64,000 nucleotides of DNA from the human T2T-CHM13v2.0 reference genome, Homo sapiens. Position 1 is the stretch's first letter. Every line of letters begins with the position of its first letter. Below the pieces are notes generated by a model. It ran no database searches, had not been told where the DNA came from, and saw only the letters and a program-made list of their open reading frames with translations. Where the stretch lies: NCBI RefSeq assembly GCF_009914755.1, contig NC_060925.1. One strand, 5' to 3'. The position numbers and the translations under genes were made by a program. This document shows, piece by piece, positions 41,151 through 55,169 of this stretch.

Positions 41151-44100
41151 ATTGAATTATCCTCAAATGGAATGGAATGGAATTATCGAATGCAATCGAA
41201 TGGAATTATCGAATGCAATCGAATAGAATCATCGAATGGACTCGAATGGAATCATCGAATGGAATGGAATGGAACAGTCAATGAAGTCGAATGGAATCAT
41301 CATTGAATGGAATCGAATGGAATCATCGAGTGGAATCGAATGGAATTATGATCAAATGGAATCGAATGTAATCATCATCAAATGGAATCAAAAATAACCA
41401 TCATCAATTGGTATTGAATGGAATTGTCATAAAATGGAATTCAAAGGAAACATCATCAAATGGAACCGAATGGAATCCTCATTGAATGGAAATGAAAGGG
41501 GTCATAATCTAATGGAATCGCATGGAATCATCATCAAATGGAATCGAATGGAATCATCATTAAATGGAATCTAATGGAATCATTGAAGAGAATTGAATGG
41601 AATCGTCATCGAATGAATTGAATGCAATCATCGAATGGTCTCGAACGGAATCATCTTCCAATGGAATGGAATGGAATCATCGAATAGAATCGAATGGAAT
41701 TATCATCGAATGGAATCGAATGGTATCAACACCAAACGGAAAAAAACGGAATTATCGAATGGAATCGAAGAGAATCTTCGAACGGAACCGAATGGAATCA
41801 TCTAATGGAATGGAATGGAATAATCCATGGACTCGAATGCAATCATCATCGAATGGAATCGAATGGAATCATCGAATGGACTCGAATGGAATAATCATTG
41901 AACGGAATCGAATGGAAACATCATCGGATGGAAACGAATGGAATAATCATCGAATGGAAATGAAAGGAGTCATCATCTAATGGAATTGCATGGAATCATC
42001 ATAAAATGGAATCGAATGGAATCAACATCAAATGGAATCAAATGGAATCATTGAACGGAATTGAATGGAATCGTCATCGAATGAATTGAATGCAATCATC
42101 GAATGGTCTCGAATGGAATCATCTTCAAATGGAATGGAATGGAATCATCGCATAGAATCGAATGGAATTATCATCGAATGGAATCGAATGAAATCAACAT
42201 CAAACGGAAAAAAACGGAATTATCGAATGGAATCGAAGAGAATCATCGAATGGACCCGAATGTAATCACCTAATGGAATGGAATGGAATAATCCATGGAC
42301 TCGAATGCAATCATCATCGAATGGAATCGAATGGAATCATCGAATGGACTCGAATGGAATAATCATTGAACGGAATCGAATGGAATCATCATCGGATGGA
42401 AATGAAAGGAGTCATCATCTAAGGGAATTGCATGGAATCATCATAAAATGGAATCGAATGTAATCATCATCAAATGGAATCAAAAATAACCATCATCAAT
42501 TAGTTTTGAATGGAATTGTCATCAAATGGAATTCAAAGGAATCATCATCAAATGGAACCGAATGGAATCCTCATTGAATGGAAATGAAAGGGGTCATCAT
42601 CTAATGGAATCGCATGGAATCATCATCAAATGGAATCGAATGGAATCATCATCAAATGGAATCTAATGGAATCATTGAACAGAATTGAATGGAATCGTCA
42701 TCGAATGAATTGAATGCAATCATCGAATGGTCTCGAATGGAATCATCTTCTAATGGAATGGAATGGAATCATCGCATAGAATCGAATGGAATTATCATCG
42801 AATGGAATCGAATGGTATCAACACCAAACGGAAAAAAACGGAATTATCGAATGGAATCGAAGAGAATCTTCGAACGGACCCGAATGGAATCATCTAATGG
42901 AATGGAATGGAATAATCCATGGACTGGAAGGCAATCATCATCGAATGGAATCGAATGGAATCATCGAATGGACTCGAATGGAATAATCATTGAACGGAAT
43001 CGAATGGAATCATCATCGGATGGAAACGAATGGAATCATCATCGAATGGAAATGAAAGGAGTCATCATCTAATGGAATTGCATGGAATCATCATAAAATG
43101 GAATCGAATGGAATCAACATCAAATGGAATCAAATGGAATCATTGAACGGAATTGAATGGAATCGTCATCGAATGAATTGAATGCAATCATCGAATGGTC
43201 TCGAATGGAATCATCTTCAAATGGAATGGAATGGAATCATCGCATAGAATCGAATGGAATTATCATCGAATGGAATCGAATGGAATCAATATCAAACGGA
43301 AAAAAACGGAATTATCGAATGGAATCGAAGAGAATCAACGAATGGACCCGAATGGAATCATCTAATGGAATGGAATGGAATAATCCATGGACTCGAATGC
43401 AATCATCATCGAATGGAATCGAATGGAATCATCGAATGGACTCGAATGGAATAATCATTGAACGGAATCGAATGGAATCATCATCGGATGGAAACGAATG
43501 GAATCATCATCGAATGGAAATGAAAGGAGTCATCATCTAATGGAATTACATGGAATCATCATCGAATGGAATCGAATAGAATTATGGAATGAAATCCAGT
43601 GTGATCATCATCGAATGGACCCGAATGGAATCATCATTCATCGGAAGCAAATGGAATCAACATCGAATGAATCGAATGGAAACACCATCGAATTGAAACG
43701 AATGGAATTATCATGAAATTGAAATGGATGGACTCATCATCGAATGGATTCGAATGGAATCATCGAATAAAATTGATTGAAATCATCATCAAATGGAATC
43801 GAATGGTATCATTGAATGGAATCGAATGGAATCATCATCAGATGGAAATGAATGGAATCGTCATAGAATGGAATCGAATGGATTCATTGAATGGAATCAG
43901 ATGGAATCATCGAATGGACTGGAATGGAATCATTGAATGGACTCGAAAGGGATCATTATTGAATGGAATTGAATGGAATCATCGAATGGTCTCGATTGGA
44001 ATCATTATCAAATGGAATCGAATGGAATCACCGAATAGAATCGAATGGAACAATCATCGAATGGACTCAAATGGAATTATCCTCAAATGGAATCGAATGG

Positions 44101-47100
44101 AATTATCGAATGAAATCGAATGGAATTATCGAATGCAATCGAATGGAATCACCGAATGGACTCGAATGGAATCATCGAATGGAATGGAATGGAAAAGTCA
44201 ATGAACACGAATGGAATCATCACTGAATGGAATCGAATGGAATCATCGAGTGGAATCGAATGGAATTATGATAAAATGGAATCGAATGTAATCATCATCA
44301 AATGGAATCAAAAATAACCATCATCAATTGGTATTGAATGGAATTGTTATCAAATGGAATTCAAAGGAATCATCATCAAATGGAACTGAATGGAATCCTC
44401 ATTGAATGGAAATGAAACGGGTCATCATCTAATGGAATAGCATGGAATAATCATCAAATGGAATCGAATGGAATCATCATCAAATGGAATCTAATGGAAA
44501 CATTGAACAGAATTGAATGGAATCGTCATCGAATGAATTGAATGCAATCATCGAATGGTCTCGAGTGGAATCATCTTCTAATGGAAAGGAATGGAATCAT
44601 CGCATAGAATCGAATGGAATTAACATTGAATTGACTCGAATGGAATCAACATCAAATGGAATCAAGCGGAATTATCGAATGAAATCGAAGAGAATCATCG
44701 AATGGACTCGAATTGAATCATCTAATGGAATGGAATGGAATAATCCACGGACTCGAATGCAATCATCATCGTATAGAATCGAATGGAATCATCGAATGGA
44801 CTCGAATGGAATAACCATTGAACGGAATCGAATGGAATCATCATCGGATGGAAACGAACGGAATCATCATCGAATGGAAATGAAAGGAGTCATCATCTAA
44901 TGGAATTGCATGGAATCATCATAAAATGGAATCGAATGGAATCATCATCAAATGGAATCAAATGGAAGCATTGAACGGAATTGAATGGAATCGTCATCGA
45001 ATGAATTGAATGCAATCATCGAATGGTCTAGAATGGAATCATCTTCAAATGGAATGGAATGGAATCATCGCATACAATCGAATGGAATTATCATCGAATG
45101 GAATCGAATGGTATCAACATCAAACGGAAAAAAACGGAATTACCGAATGGAATCGAAGAGAATCTTCGAACGGACCCGAATGGAATCATCTAATGGAATG
45201 GAATGGAATAATCCATGGACTCTAATGCAATCATCATCGAATGGAATCGAATGGAATCATCGAATGGACTCGAATGGAATAATCATTGAACGGAATCGAA
45301 TGGAATCATCATCGGATGGAAATGAATGGAATCATCATCGAATGGAATCGAATAGAATTATGGAATGAAATCCAGTGTGATCATCATCGAATGGACCCGA
45401 ATGGAATCATCATCCAACGGAAGCTAATGGAATCAACATCGAATGAATCGAATGGAAACACCATCGAATTGAAACGAATGGAATTATCATGAAATTGAAA
45501 TGGATGGACTCATCATCGAATGGATTCGAATGGAATCATCGAATAAAATTGATTGAAATCATCATCAAATGGAATCGAATGGTATCATTGAATGGAATCG
45601 AATGGAATCATCATCAGATGGAAATGAATGGAATCGTCATAGAATGGAATCGAATGGATTTATTGAATGGAATCAGATGGAATCATCGAATGGACTGGAA
45701 TGGAATCATTGAATGGACTCGAAAGGGATCATGATTGAATGGAATTGAATGGAATCATCGAATGGTCTCGATTGGAATCATTATCAAATGGAATCGAATG
45801 GAATCACCGAATAGAATCGAATGGAACAATCATCGAATGGACTCAAATGGAATCATCCTCAAATGGAATGGAATGGAATTATCGAATGCAATCGAATAGA
45901 ATCATCGAATGGACTCGAATGGAATCATCGAATGGAATGGAATGGAACAGTCAATGAACTCGAATGGAATCATCATTGAATGGAATCGAATGGAATCATC
46001 GAGGGGAATCGAATGGAATTATGATCAAATGGAATCTAATGTAATCATCATCAAATGGAATCAAAAATAACCATCATCAATTGGTATTGAATGGAATTGT
46101 CATCAAATGGAATTCAAAGGAATCATCATCAAATGGAACCGAATGGAATCCTCATTGAATGGAAATGAAAGGGGTCATCATCTAATGGAATCGCATGGAA
46201 TCATCATCAAATGGAATCGAATGGAATCATCATCAAATGGAATCTGATGGAATCATTGAACAGAATTGAATGGAATCGTCATCGAATGAATTGAATGCAA
46301 TCATCGAATGGTCTCGAATGGAATCATCTTCTAATGGAAAGGAATGGAATCATCGCATAGAATCGAATGGAATTAACATTGAATGGACTCGAATGGAATC
46401 AACATCAAACGGAATCAAGCGGAATTGTCGAATGGAATCGAAGAGAATCATCGAATGGACTCGAATGGAATAATCTAATGGAATTGAATGGAATAATCCA
46501 CGGACTCGAATGCAATCATCATCGTATAGAATCGAATGGAATCATCGAATGGACTCGAATGGAATAATCATTGAACGGAATCGAATGGAATCATCATCGG
46601 ATGGAAACGAATGGAATCATCATCGAATGGAAATGAAAGGAGTCATCATCTAATGGAATTGCATGGAATCATCATCAAATGGAATCGAATGGAATCAACA
46701 GCAAATGGAATCAAATGGAATCATTGAACGGAATTGAATGGAATCGTCATCGAATGAATGAATGCAATCATCGAATGGTCTCGATTGCAATCATCTTCAA
46801 ATGGAATGGAATGGAATCATCGCATAGAATCGAATGGAATTATCATCGAATGGAATCGAATGGTATCAACATCAAACGGAAAAAAACGGAATTATCGAAT
46901 GGAATCGAAGAGAATCATCGAACGGACCCGAATGGAATCATCTAATGGAATGGAATGGAATAATCCACGGACACGAATGCAATCATCGTCGAATGGAATC
47001 GAATGGAATCATCGAATGGACTCGAATGGAATAATCATTGAACGGAATCGAATGGAATCATCATCGGATGGAAACGAATGGAATCATCATCGAATGGAAA

Positions 47101-48129
47101 TGAAAGGAGTCATCATCTAATGGAATTGCATGGAATCATCATCAAATGGAATCGAATGGAATCAACATCAAATGGAATCAAATGGAATCATTGAACGGAA
47201 TTGAATGGAATCGTCATCGAATGAATTGAATGCAATCATCGAATGGTCTCGAATGGAATCATCTTCAAATGGAATGGAATGGAATCATCGCATAGAATCG
47301 AATGGAATTATCATCGAATGGAATCGAATGGTATCAACATCAGACGGAAAAAAACGGAATTATCGAATGGAATCGAAGAGAATCTTCGAACGGACCCGAA
47401 TGGAATCATCTAATGGAATGGCAAGGAATAATCCATGGACTGGAAGGCAATCATCATTGAACGGAATCGAAAGGAATCATCATCGGATGGAAACGACTGG
47501 AATCATCATCGAATGGAAATGAAAGGAGTCATCATCTAATGGAATTGCATGGAATCATCATAAAATGGAATCGAATGGAATCAACATCAAATGGAATCAA
47601 ATGGAATCATTGAACGGAATTGAATGGAATCGTCATCGAATGAATTGAATGCAATCATCGAATGGTCTCGAATGGAATCATCTTCAAATGGAATGGAATG
47701 GAATCATCGCATAGAATCGAATGGAATTATCATCGAATGGAATCGAATGGAATCAACATCAAACGGAAAAAAACGGAATTATCGAATGGAATCGAATAGA
47801 ATCATCGAATGGACCCGAATGGAATCATCTAATGGAATGGAATGGAATAATCCGTGGACTCGAATGCAATCATCATCGAATGGAATCGAATGGAATCATC
47901 CAATGGACTCGAATGGAATAATCATTGAACGGAATCGAATGGAATCATCATCGGATGGAAATGAATGGAATCATCATCGAATGGAATCGAATAGAATTAT
48001 GGAATGAAATCCAGTGTTATCATCATCGAATGGACCCGAATGGAATCATCATCCAACGGATGCTAATGGAATCAACATCGAATGAATCAAATGGAAACAC
48101 CATCGAATTGAAACGAATGGAATTACCAT

Positions 48130-51100
48130 GAAATTGAAATGGATGGACTCATCATCGAATGGATTCGAATGGAATCATCGAATAAAATTGATTGAAATCA
48201 TCATCGAATGGAATCGAATGGTATCATTGAATGGAATCGAATGCAATCATCATCAGATGGAAATGAATGGAATCGTCATAGAATGGAATCGAATGGATTC
48301 ATTGAATGGAATCAGATGGAATCATCGAATGGACTGGAATGGAATCATTGAATGGACACGAAAGAGATCATGATTGAATGGAATTGAATGGAATCATCGA
48401 ATGGTCTCGATTGGAATCATTATCAAATGGAATCGAATGGAATCACCGAATAGAATCGAATGGAACAATCATCGAATGGACTCAAATGGAATTATCCTCA
48501 AATGGAATGGAATGGAATTATCGAATGCAATCGAATGGAATTATCGAATGCAATCGAATAGAATCATCGAATGGACTCGAATGGAATAATCATTGAACGG
48601 AATCGAATGGAATCATCATCGGATGGAAACGAATGGAATCATCATCGAATGGAAATGAAAGGAGTCATCATCTAATGGAATTGCATGGAATCATCATAAA
48701 ATGGAATCGAATGGAATCAACATCAAATGGAATCAAATGGAATCATTGAACGGAATTGAATGGAATCGTCATCGAATGAATTGAATGCAATCATCGAATG
48801 GTCTCGAATGGAATCATCTTCAAATGGAATGGAATGGAATCATCGCATAGAATCGAATGGAATTATCATCGAATGGAATCGAATGGAATCAACATCAAAC
48901 GGAAAAAAACGGAATTATCGAATGGAATCGTAGAGAATCATCGAATGGACCCGAATGGAATCATCTAATGGAATGGAATGGAATAATCCATGGACTCGAA
49001 TGCAATCATCATCGAATGGAATCGAATGGAATCATCGAATGGACTCGAATGGAATAATCATTGAACGGAATCGAATGGAATCATCATCGGATGGAAATGA
49101 AAGGAGTCATCATCTAATGGAATTGCATGGAATCATCATAAAATGGAATCGAATGGAATCAACATCAAATGGAATCAAATGGAATCATTGAACGTAATTG
49201 AATGGAATCGTCATCGAATGAATTGAATGCAATCATCGAATGGTCTCGAATGGAATCATCTTCAAATGGAATGGAATGGAATCATCGCATAGAATCGAAT
49301 GGAATTATCATCGAATGGAATCGAATCGAATCCACATCAAACGGAAAAAAACGGAATTATCTAATGGAATCGAAGAGAATCATCGAATGGACCCGAATGG
49401 AATCATCTAATGGAATGGAATGGAATAATCCATGGACTCGAATGCAATCATCATCGAATGGAATCGAATGGAATCATCGAATGGACTCGAATGGAATAAT
49501 CATTGAACGGAATCGAATGGAATCATCATCGGATGGAAATGAATGGAATCATCATCGAATGGAATCGAATAGAATTATGGAATGAAATCCAGTGTGATCA
49601 TCATCGAATGGACCCGAATGGAATCATCATACAACGGAAGCTAATGGAATCAACATCGAATGAATCAAATGGAAACACCATCGAATTGAAACGAATGGAA
49701 TTACCATGAAATTGAAATGGATGGACTCATCATCGAATGGATTCGAATGGAATCATCGAATAAAATTGATTGAAATCATCATCGAATGGAATCGAATGGT
49801 ATCATTGAATGGAATCGAATGCAATCATCATCAGATGGAAATGAATGGAATCGTCATAGAATGGAATCGAATGGATTCATTGAATGGAATCAGATGGAAT
49901 CATCGAATGGACTGGAATGGAATCATTGAATGGACACGAAAGAGATCATGATTGAATGGAATTGAATGGAATCATCGAATGGTCTCGATTGGAATCATTA
50001 TCAAATGGAATCGAATGGAATCACCGAATAGAATCGAATGGAACAATCATCGAATGGACTCAAATGGAATTATCCTCAAATGGAATGGAATGGAATTATC
50101 GAATGCAATCGAATGGAATTATCGAATGCAATCGAATAGAATCATCGAATGGACTCGAATGGAATAATCATTGAACGGAATCGAATGGAATCATCATCGG
50201 ATGGAAACGAATGGAATCATCATCGAATGGAAATGAAAGGAGTCATCATCTAATGGAATTGCATGGAATCATCATAAAATGGAATCGAATGGAATCAACA
50301 TCAAATGGAATCAAATGGAATCATTGAACGGAATTGAATGGAATCGTCATCGAATGAATTGAATGCAATCATCGAATGGTCTCGAATGGAATCATCTTCA
50401 AATGGAATGGAATGGAATCATCGCATAGAATCGAATGGAATTATCATCGAATGGAATCGAATGGAATCAACATCAAACGGAAAAAAACGGAATTATCGAA
50501 TGGAATCGTAGAGAATCATCGAATGGACCCGAATGGAATCATCTAATGGAATGGAATGGAATAATCCATGGACTCGAATGCAATCATCATCGAATGGAAT
50601 CGAATGGAATCATCGAATGGACTCGAATGGAATAATCATTGAACGGAATCGAATGGAATCATCATCGGATGGAAATGAAAGGAGTCATCATCTAATGGAA
50701 TTGCATGGAATCATCATAAAATGGAATCGAATGGAATCAACATCAAATGGAATCAAATGGAATCATTGAACGTAATTGAATGGAATCGTCATCGAATGAA
50801 TTGAATGCAATCATCGAATGGTCTCGAATGGAATCATCTTCAAATGGAATGGAATGGAATCATCGCATAGAATCGAATGGAATTATCATCGAATGGAATC
50901 GAATCGAATCCACATCAAACGGAAAAAAACGGAATTATCTAATGGAATCGAAGAGAATCATCGAATGGACCCGAATGGAATCATCTAATGGAATGGAATG
51001 GAATAATCCATGGACTCGAATGCAATCATCATCGAATGGAATCGAATGGAATCATCGAATGGACTCGAATGGAATAATCATTGAACGGAATCGAATGGAA

Positions 51101-51380
51101 TCATCATCGGATGGAAATGAATGGAATCATCATCGAATGGAATCGAATAGAATTATGGAATGAAATCCAGTGTGATCATCATCGAATGGACCCGAATGGA
51201 ATCATCATACAACGGAAGCTAATGGAATCAACATCGAATGAATCAAATGGAAACACCATCGAATTGAAACGAATGGAATTACCATGAAATTGAAATGGAT
51301 GGACTCATCATCGAATGGATTCGAATGGAATCATCGAATAAAATTGATTGAAATCATCATCGAATGGAATCGAATGGTAT
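48130..51380 (+). repeat. Tandem pair of 1578-bp deletion-derivative units lacking the EcoRI site
   Basis: ORF pairs 48128/49706, 48857/50435 and 49202/50780. Markers: ggacacgaaagag, tcgtagagaa, aacgtaattg, gaatcgaatccacatc. Confidence 0.92.
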
Positions 51381-53695
51381 CATTGAATGGAAACGAATGG
51401 AATCATCATCAGATGGAAATGAATGGAATCGTCATAGAATGGAATCGAATGGATTCATTGAATGGAATCAGATGGAATCATCGAATGGACTGCAATGGAA
51501 TCATTGAATGGACTCGAAAGGGATCATGATTGAATGGAATTGAATGGAATCATCGAATGGTCTCGATTGGAATCATTATCAAATGGAATCGAATGGAATC
51601 ACCGAATAGAATCGAATGGAGCAATCATCGAATGGACTCAAATGGAATTATCCTCAAATGGAATCGAATGGAATTATCGAATGAAATCGAATGGAATTAT
51701 CGAATGCAATCGAATAGAATCATCGAATGGACTCAAATGGAATCATCGAATGGAATGGAATGGAACAGTCAATGAACTCGAATGGAATCATCATTGAATG
51801 GAATCGAATGGAATCATCGAGTGGAATCGAATGGAATTATGATCAAATGGAATCGAATGTAATCATCATCAAATGGAATCAAAAATAAACATCATCAATT
51901 GGTATTGAATGGAATTGTCATCAAATGGAATTCAAAGGAATCATCATCAAATGGAACCGAATGGAATCCTCATTGAATGGAAATGAAAGGGGTCATCATC
52001 TAATGGAATCGCATGGAATCATCCTCAAATGGAATCGAATGGAATCATCATCAAATGGAATCTAATGGAATCATTGAAAAGAATTGAATGGATCGTCATC
52101 GAATGAATTGAATGCAATCATCGAATGGTCTCGAATGGAATCATCTTCTAATGGAATGGAATGGAATCATCGCATAGAATCGAATGCAATTATCATCGAA
52201 TGGAATCGAATGGTATCAACACCAAACGGAAAAAAACGGAATTATCGAATGGAATCGAAGAGAATCTTCGAACGGACCCGAATGGAATCATCTAATGGAA
52301 TGGAATGGAGTAATCCATGGACTCGAATGCAATCATCATCGAATGGAATCGAATGGAATCATCGAATGGACTCGAATGGAATAATCATTGAACGGAATCG
52401 AATGGAATCATCATCGGATGGAAATGAATGGAATCATCATCGAATGGAATCGAATAGAATTATGGAATGAAATCCAGTGTGATCATCATCGAATGGACCC
52501 GAATGGAATCATCATACAACGGAAGCTAATGGAATCAACATCGAATGAATCAAATGGAAACACCATCGAATTGAAACGAATGGAATTATCATGAAATTGA
52601 AATGGATGGACTCATCATCGAATGGATTCGAATGGAATCATCGAATAAAATTGATTGAAATCATCATCGAATGGAATCGAATGGTATCATTGAATGGAAT
52701 CGAATGGAATCATCATCAGATGGAAATGAATGGAATCGTCATAGAATGGAATCGAATGGATTCATTGAATGGAATCAGATGGAATCATCGAATGGACTGG
52801 AATGGAATCATTGAATGGACTCGAAAGGGATCATGATTGAATGGAATTGAATGGAATCATCGAATGGTCTCGATTGGAATCATTATCAAATGGAATCGAA
52901 TGGAATCACCGAATAGAATCGAATGGAACAATCATCGAATGGACTCAAATGGAATTATCCTCAAATGGAATCGAATGGAATTATCGAATGCAATCGAATG
53001 GAATTATCGAATGCAATCGAATAGAATCATCGAATGGACTCGAATGGAATCATCGAATGGAATGGAATGGAACAGTCAATGAACTCGAATGGAATCATCA
53101 TTGAATGGAATCGAATGGAATTATCGAGTGGAATCGAATGGAATTATGATCAAATGGAATCGAATGTAATCATCATCAAATGGAATCAAAAATAACCATC
53201 ATCAATTGGTATTGAATGGAATTGTCATCAAATGGAATTCAAAGGAATCATCATCAAATGGAACCGAATGGAATCCTCATTGAATGGAAATGAAAGGGGT
53301 CATCATCTAATGGAATCGCATGGAATCATCATCAAATGGAATCGAATGGAATCATCATCAAATGGAATCTAATGGAATCATTGAAAAGAATTGAATGGAA
53401 TCGTCATCGAATGAATTGAATGCAATCATCGAATGGTCTCGAATGGAATCATCTTCTAATGGAAAGGAATGGAATCATCGAATAGAATCGAATGGAATTA
53501 TCATCGAATGGAATCGAATGGTATCAACACCAAACGGAAAAAAACGGAATTATCGAATGGAATCAAAGAGAATCTTTGAACGGACCCGAATGGAATCATC
53601 TAATGGAATGGAATGGAATAATCCATGGACTCGAATGCAATCATCATCGAATGGAATCGAATGGAATCATCGAATGGACTCGAATGGAATAATCA
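51081..53695 (+). repeat. Two consecutive single-B units (1307 and 1308 bp)
   Basis: Anchor spacings 51081-52388-53696; shared marker atcatacaacgg. Confidence 0.88.
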
Positions 53696-55169
53696 TTGAA
53701 CGGAATCGAATGGAATCATCATCGGATGGAAATGAATGGAATCATCATCGAATGGAATCGAATAGAATTATGGAATGAAATCCAGTGTGATCATCATCGA
53801 ATGGACCCGAATGGAATCATCATACAACGGAAGCTAATGGAATCAACATCGAATGAATCAAATGGAAACACCATCGAATTGAAACGAATGGAATTATCAT
53901 GAAATTGAAATGGATGGACTCATCATCGAATGGATTCGAATGGAATCATCAAATAAAATTGATTGAAATCATCATCGAATGGAATCGAATGGTATCATTG
54001 AATGGAATCGAATGGAATCATCATCAGATGGAAATGAATGGAATCGTCATAGAATGGAATCGAATGGATTCATTGAATGGAATCAGATGGAATCATCGAA
54101 TGGACTGGAATGGAATCATTGAATGGACTCGAAAGGGATCATGATTGAATGGAATTGAATGGAATCATCGAATGGTCTCGATTGGAATCATTATCAAATG
54201 GAATCGAATGGAATCACCGAATAGAATCGAATGGAACAATCATCGAATGGACTCAAATGGAATTATCCTCAAATGGAATCGAATGGAATTATCGAATGCA
54301 ATCGAATGGAATTATCGAATGCAATCGAATAGAATCATCGAATGGACTCGAATGGAATCATCGAATGGAATGGAATGGAACAGTCAATGAACTCGAATGG
54401 AATCATCATTGAATGGAAACGAATGGAATCATCTAGTGGAATCGAATGGAATTATGATCAAATGGAATCGAATGTAATCATCATCAAATGGAATCAAAAA
54501 TAACCATCATCAATTGGTATTGAATGGAATTGTCATCAAATGGAATTCAAAGGAATCATCATCAAATGGAACCGAATGGAATCCTCATTGAATGGAAATG
54601 AAAGGGGTCATCATCTAATGGAATCGCATGGAATCATCATCAAATGGAATCGAATGGAATCATCATCAAATGGAATCTAATGGAATCATTGAACAGAATT
54701 GAATGGAATCGTCATCGAATGAATTGAATGCAATCATCGAATGGTCTCGAATGGAATCATCTTCTAATGGAAAGGAATGGAATCATCGCATAGAATCGAA
54801 TGGAATTATCATCGAATGGAATCGAATGGTATCAACATCAAACGGAAAAAAACGGAATTATCGAATGGAATCGAAGAGAATCTTCGAACGGACCCGAATG
54901 GAATCATCTAATGGAATGGAATGGAATAATCCATGGACTCGAATGCAATCATCATCAAATGGAATCGAATGGAATCATCGAATGGACTCGAATGGAATAA
55001 TCATTGAACGGAATCGAATGGAATCATCATCAGATGGAAACGAATGGAATCATCATCGAATGGAAATGAAAGGAGTCATCATCTAATGGAATTGCATGGA
55101 ATCATCATAAAATGGAATCGAATGGAATCAACATCAAATGGAATCAAATGGAATCATTGAACGGAATTG

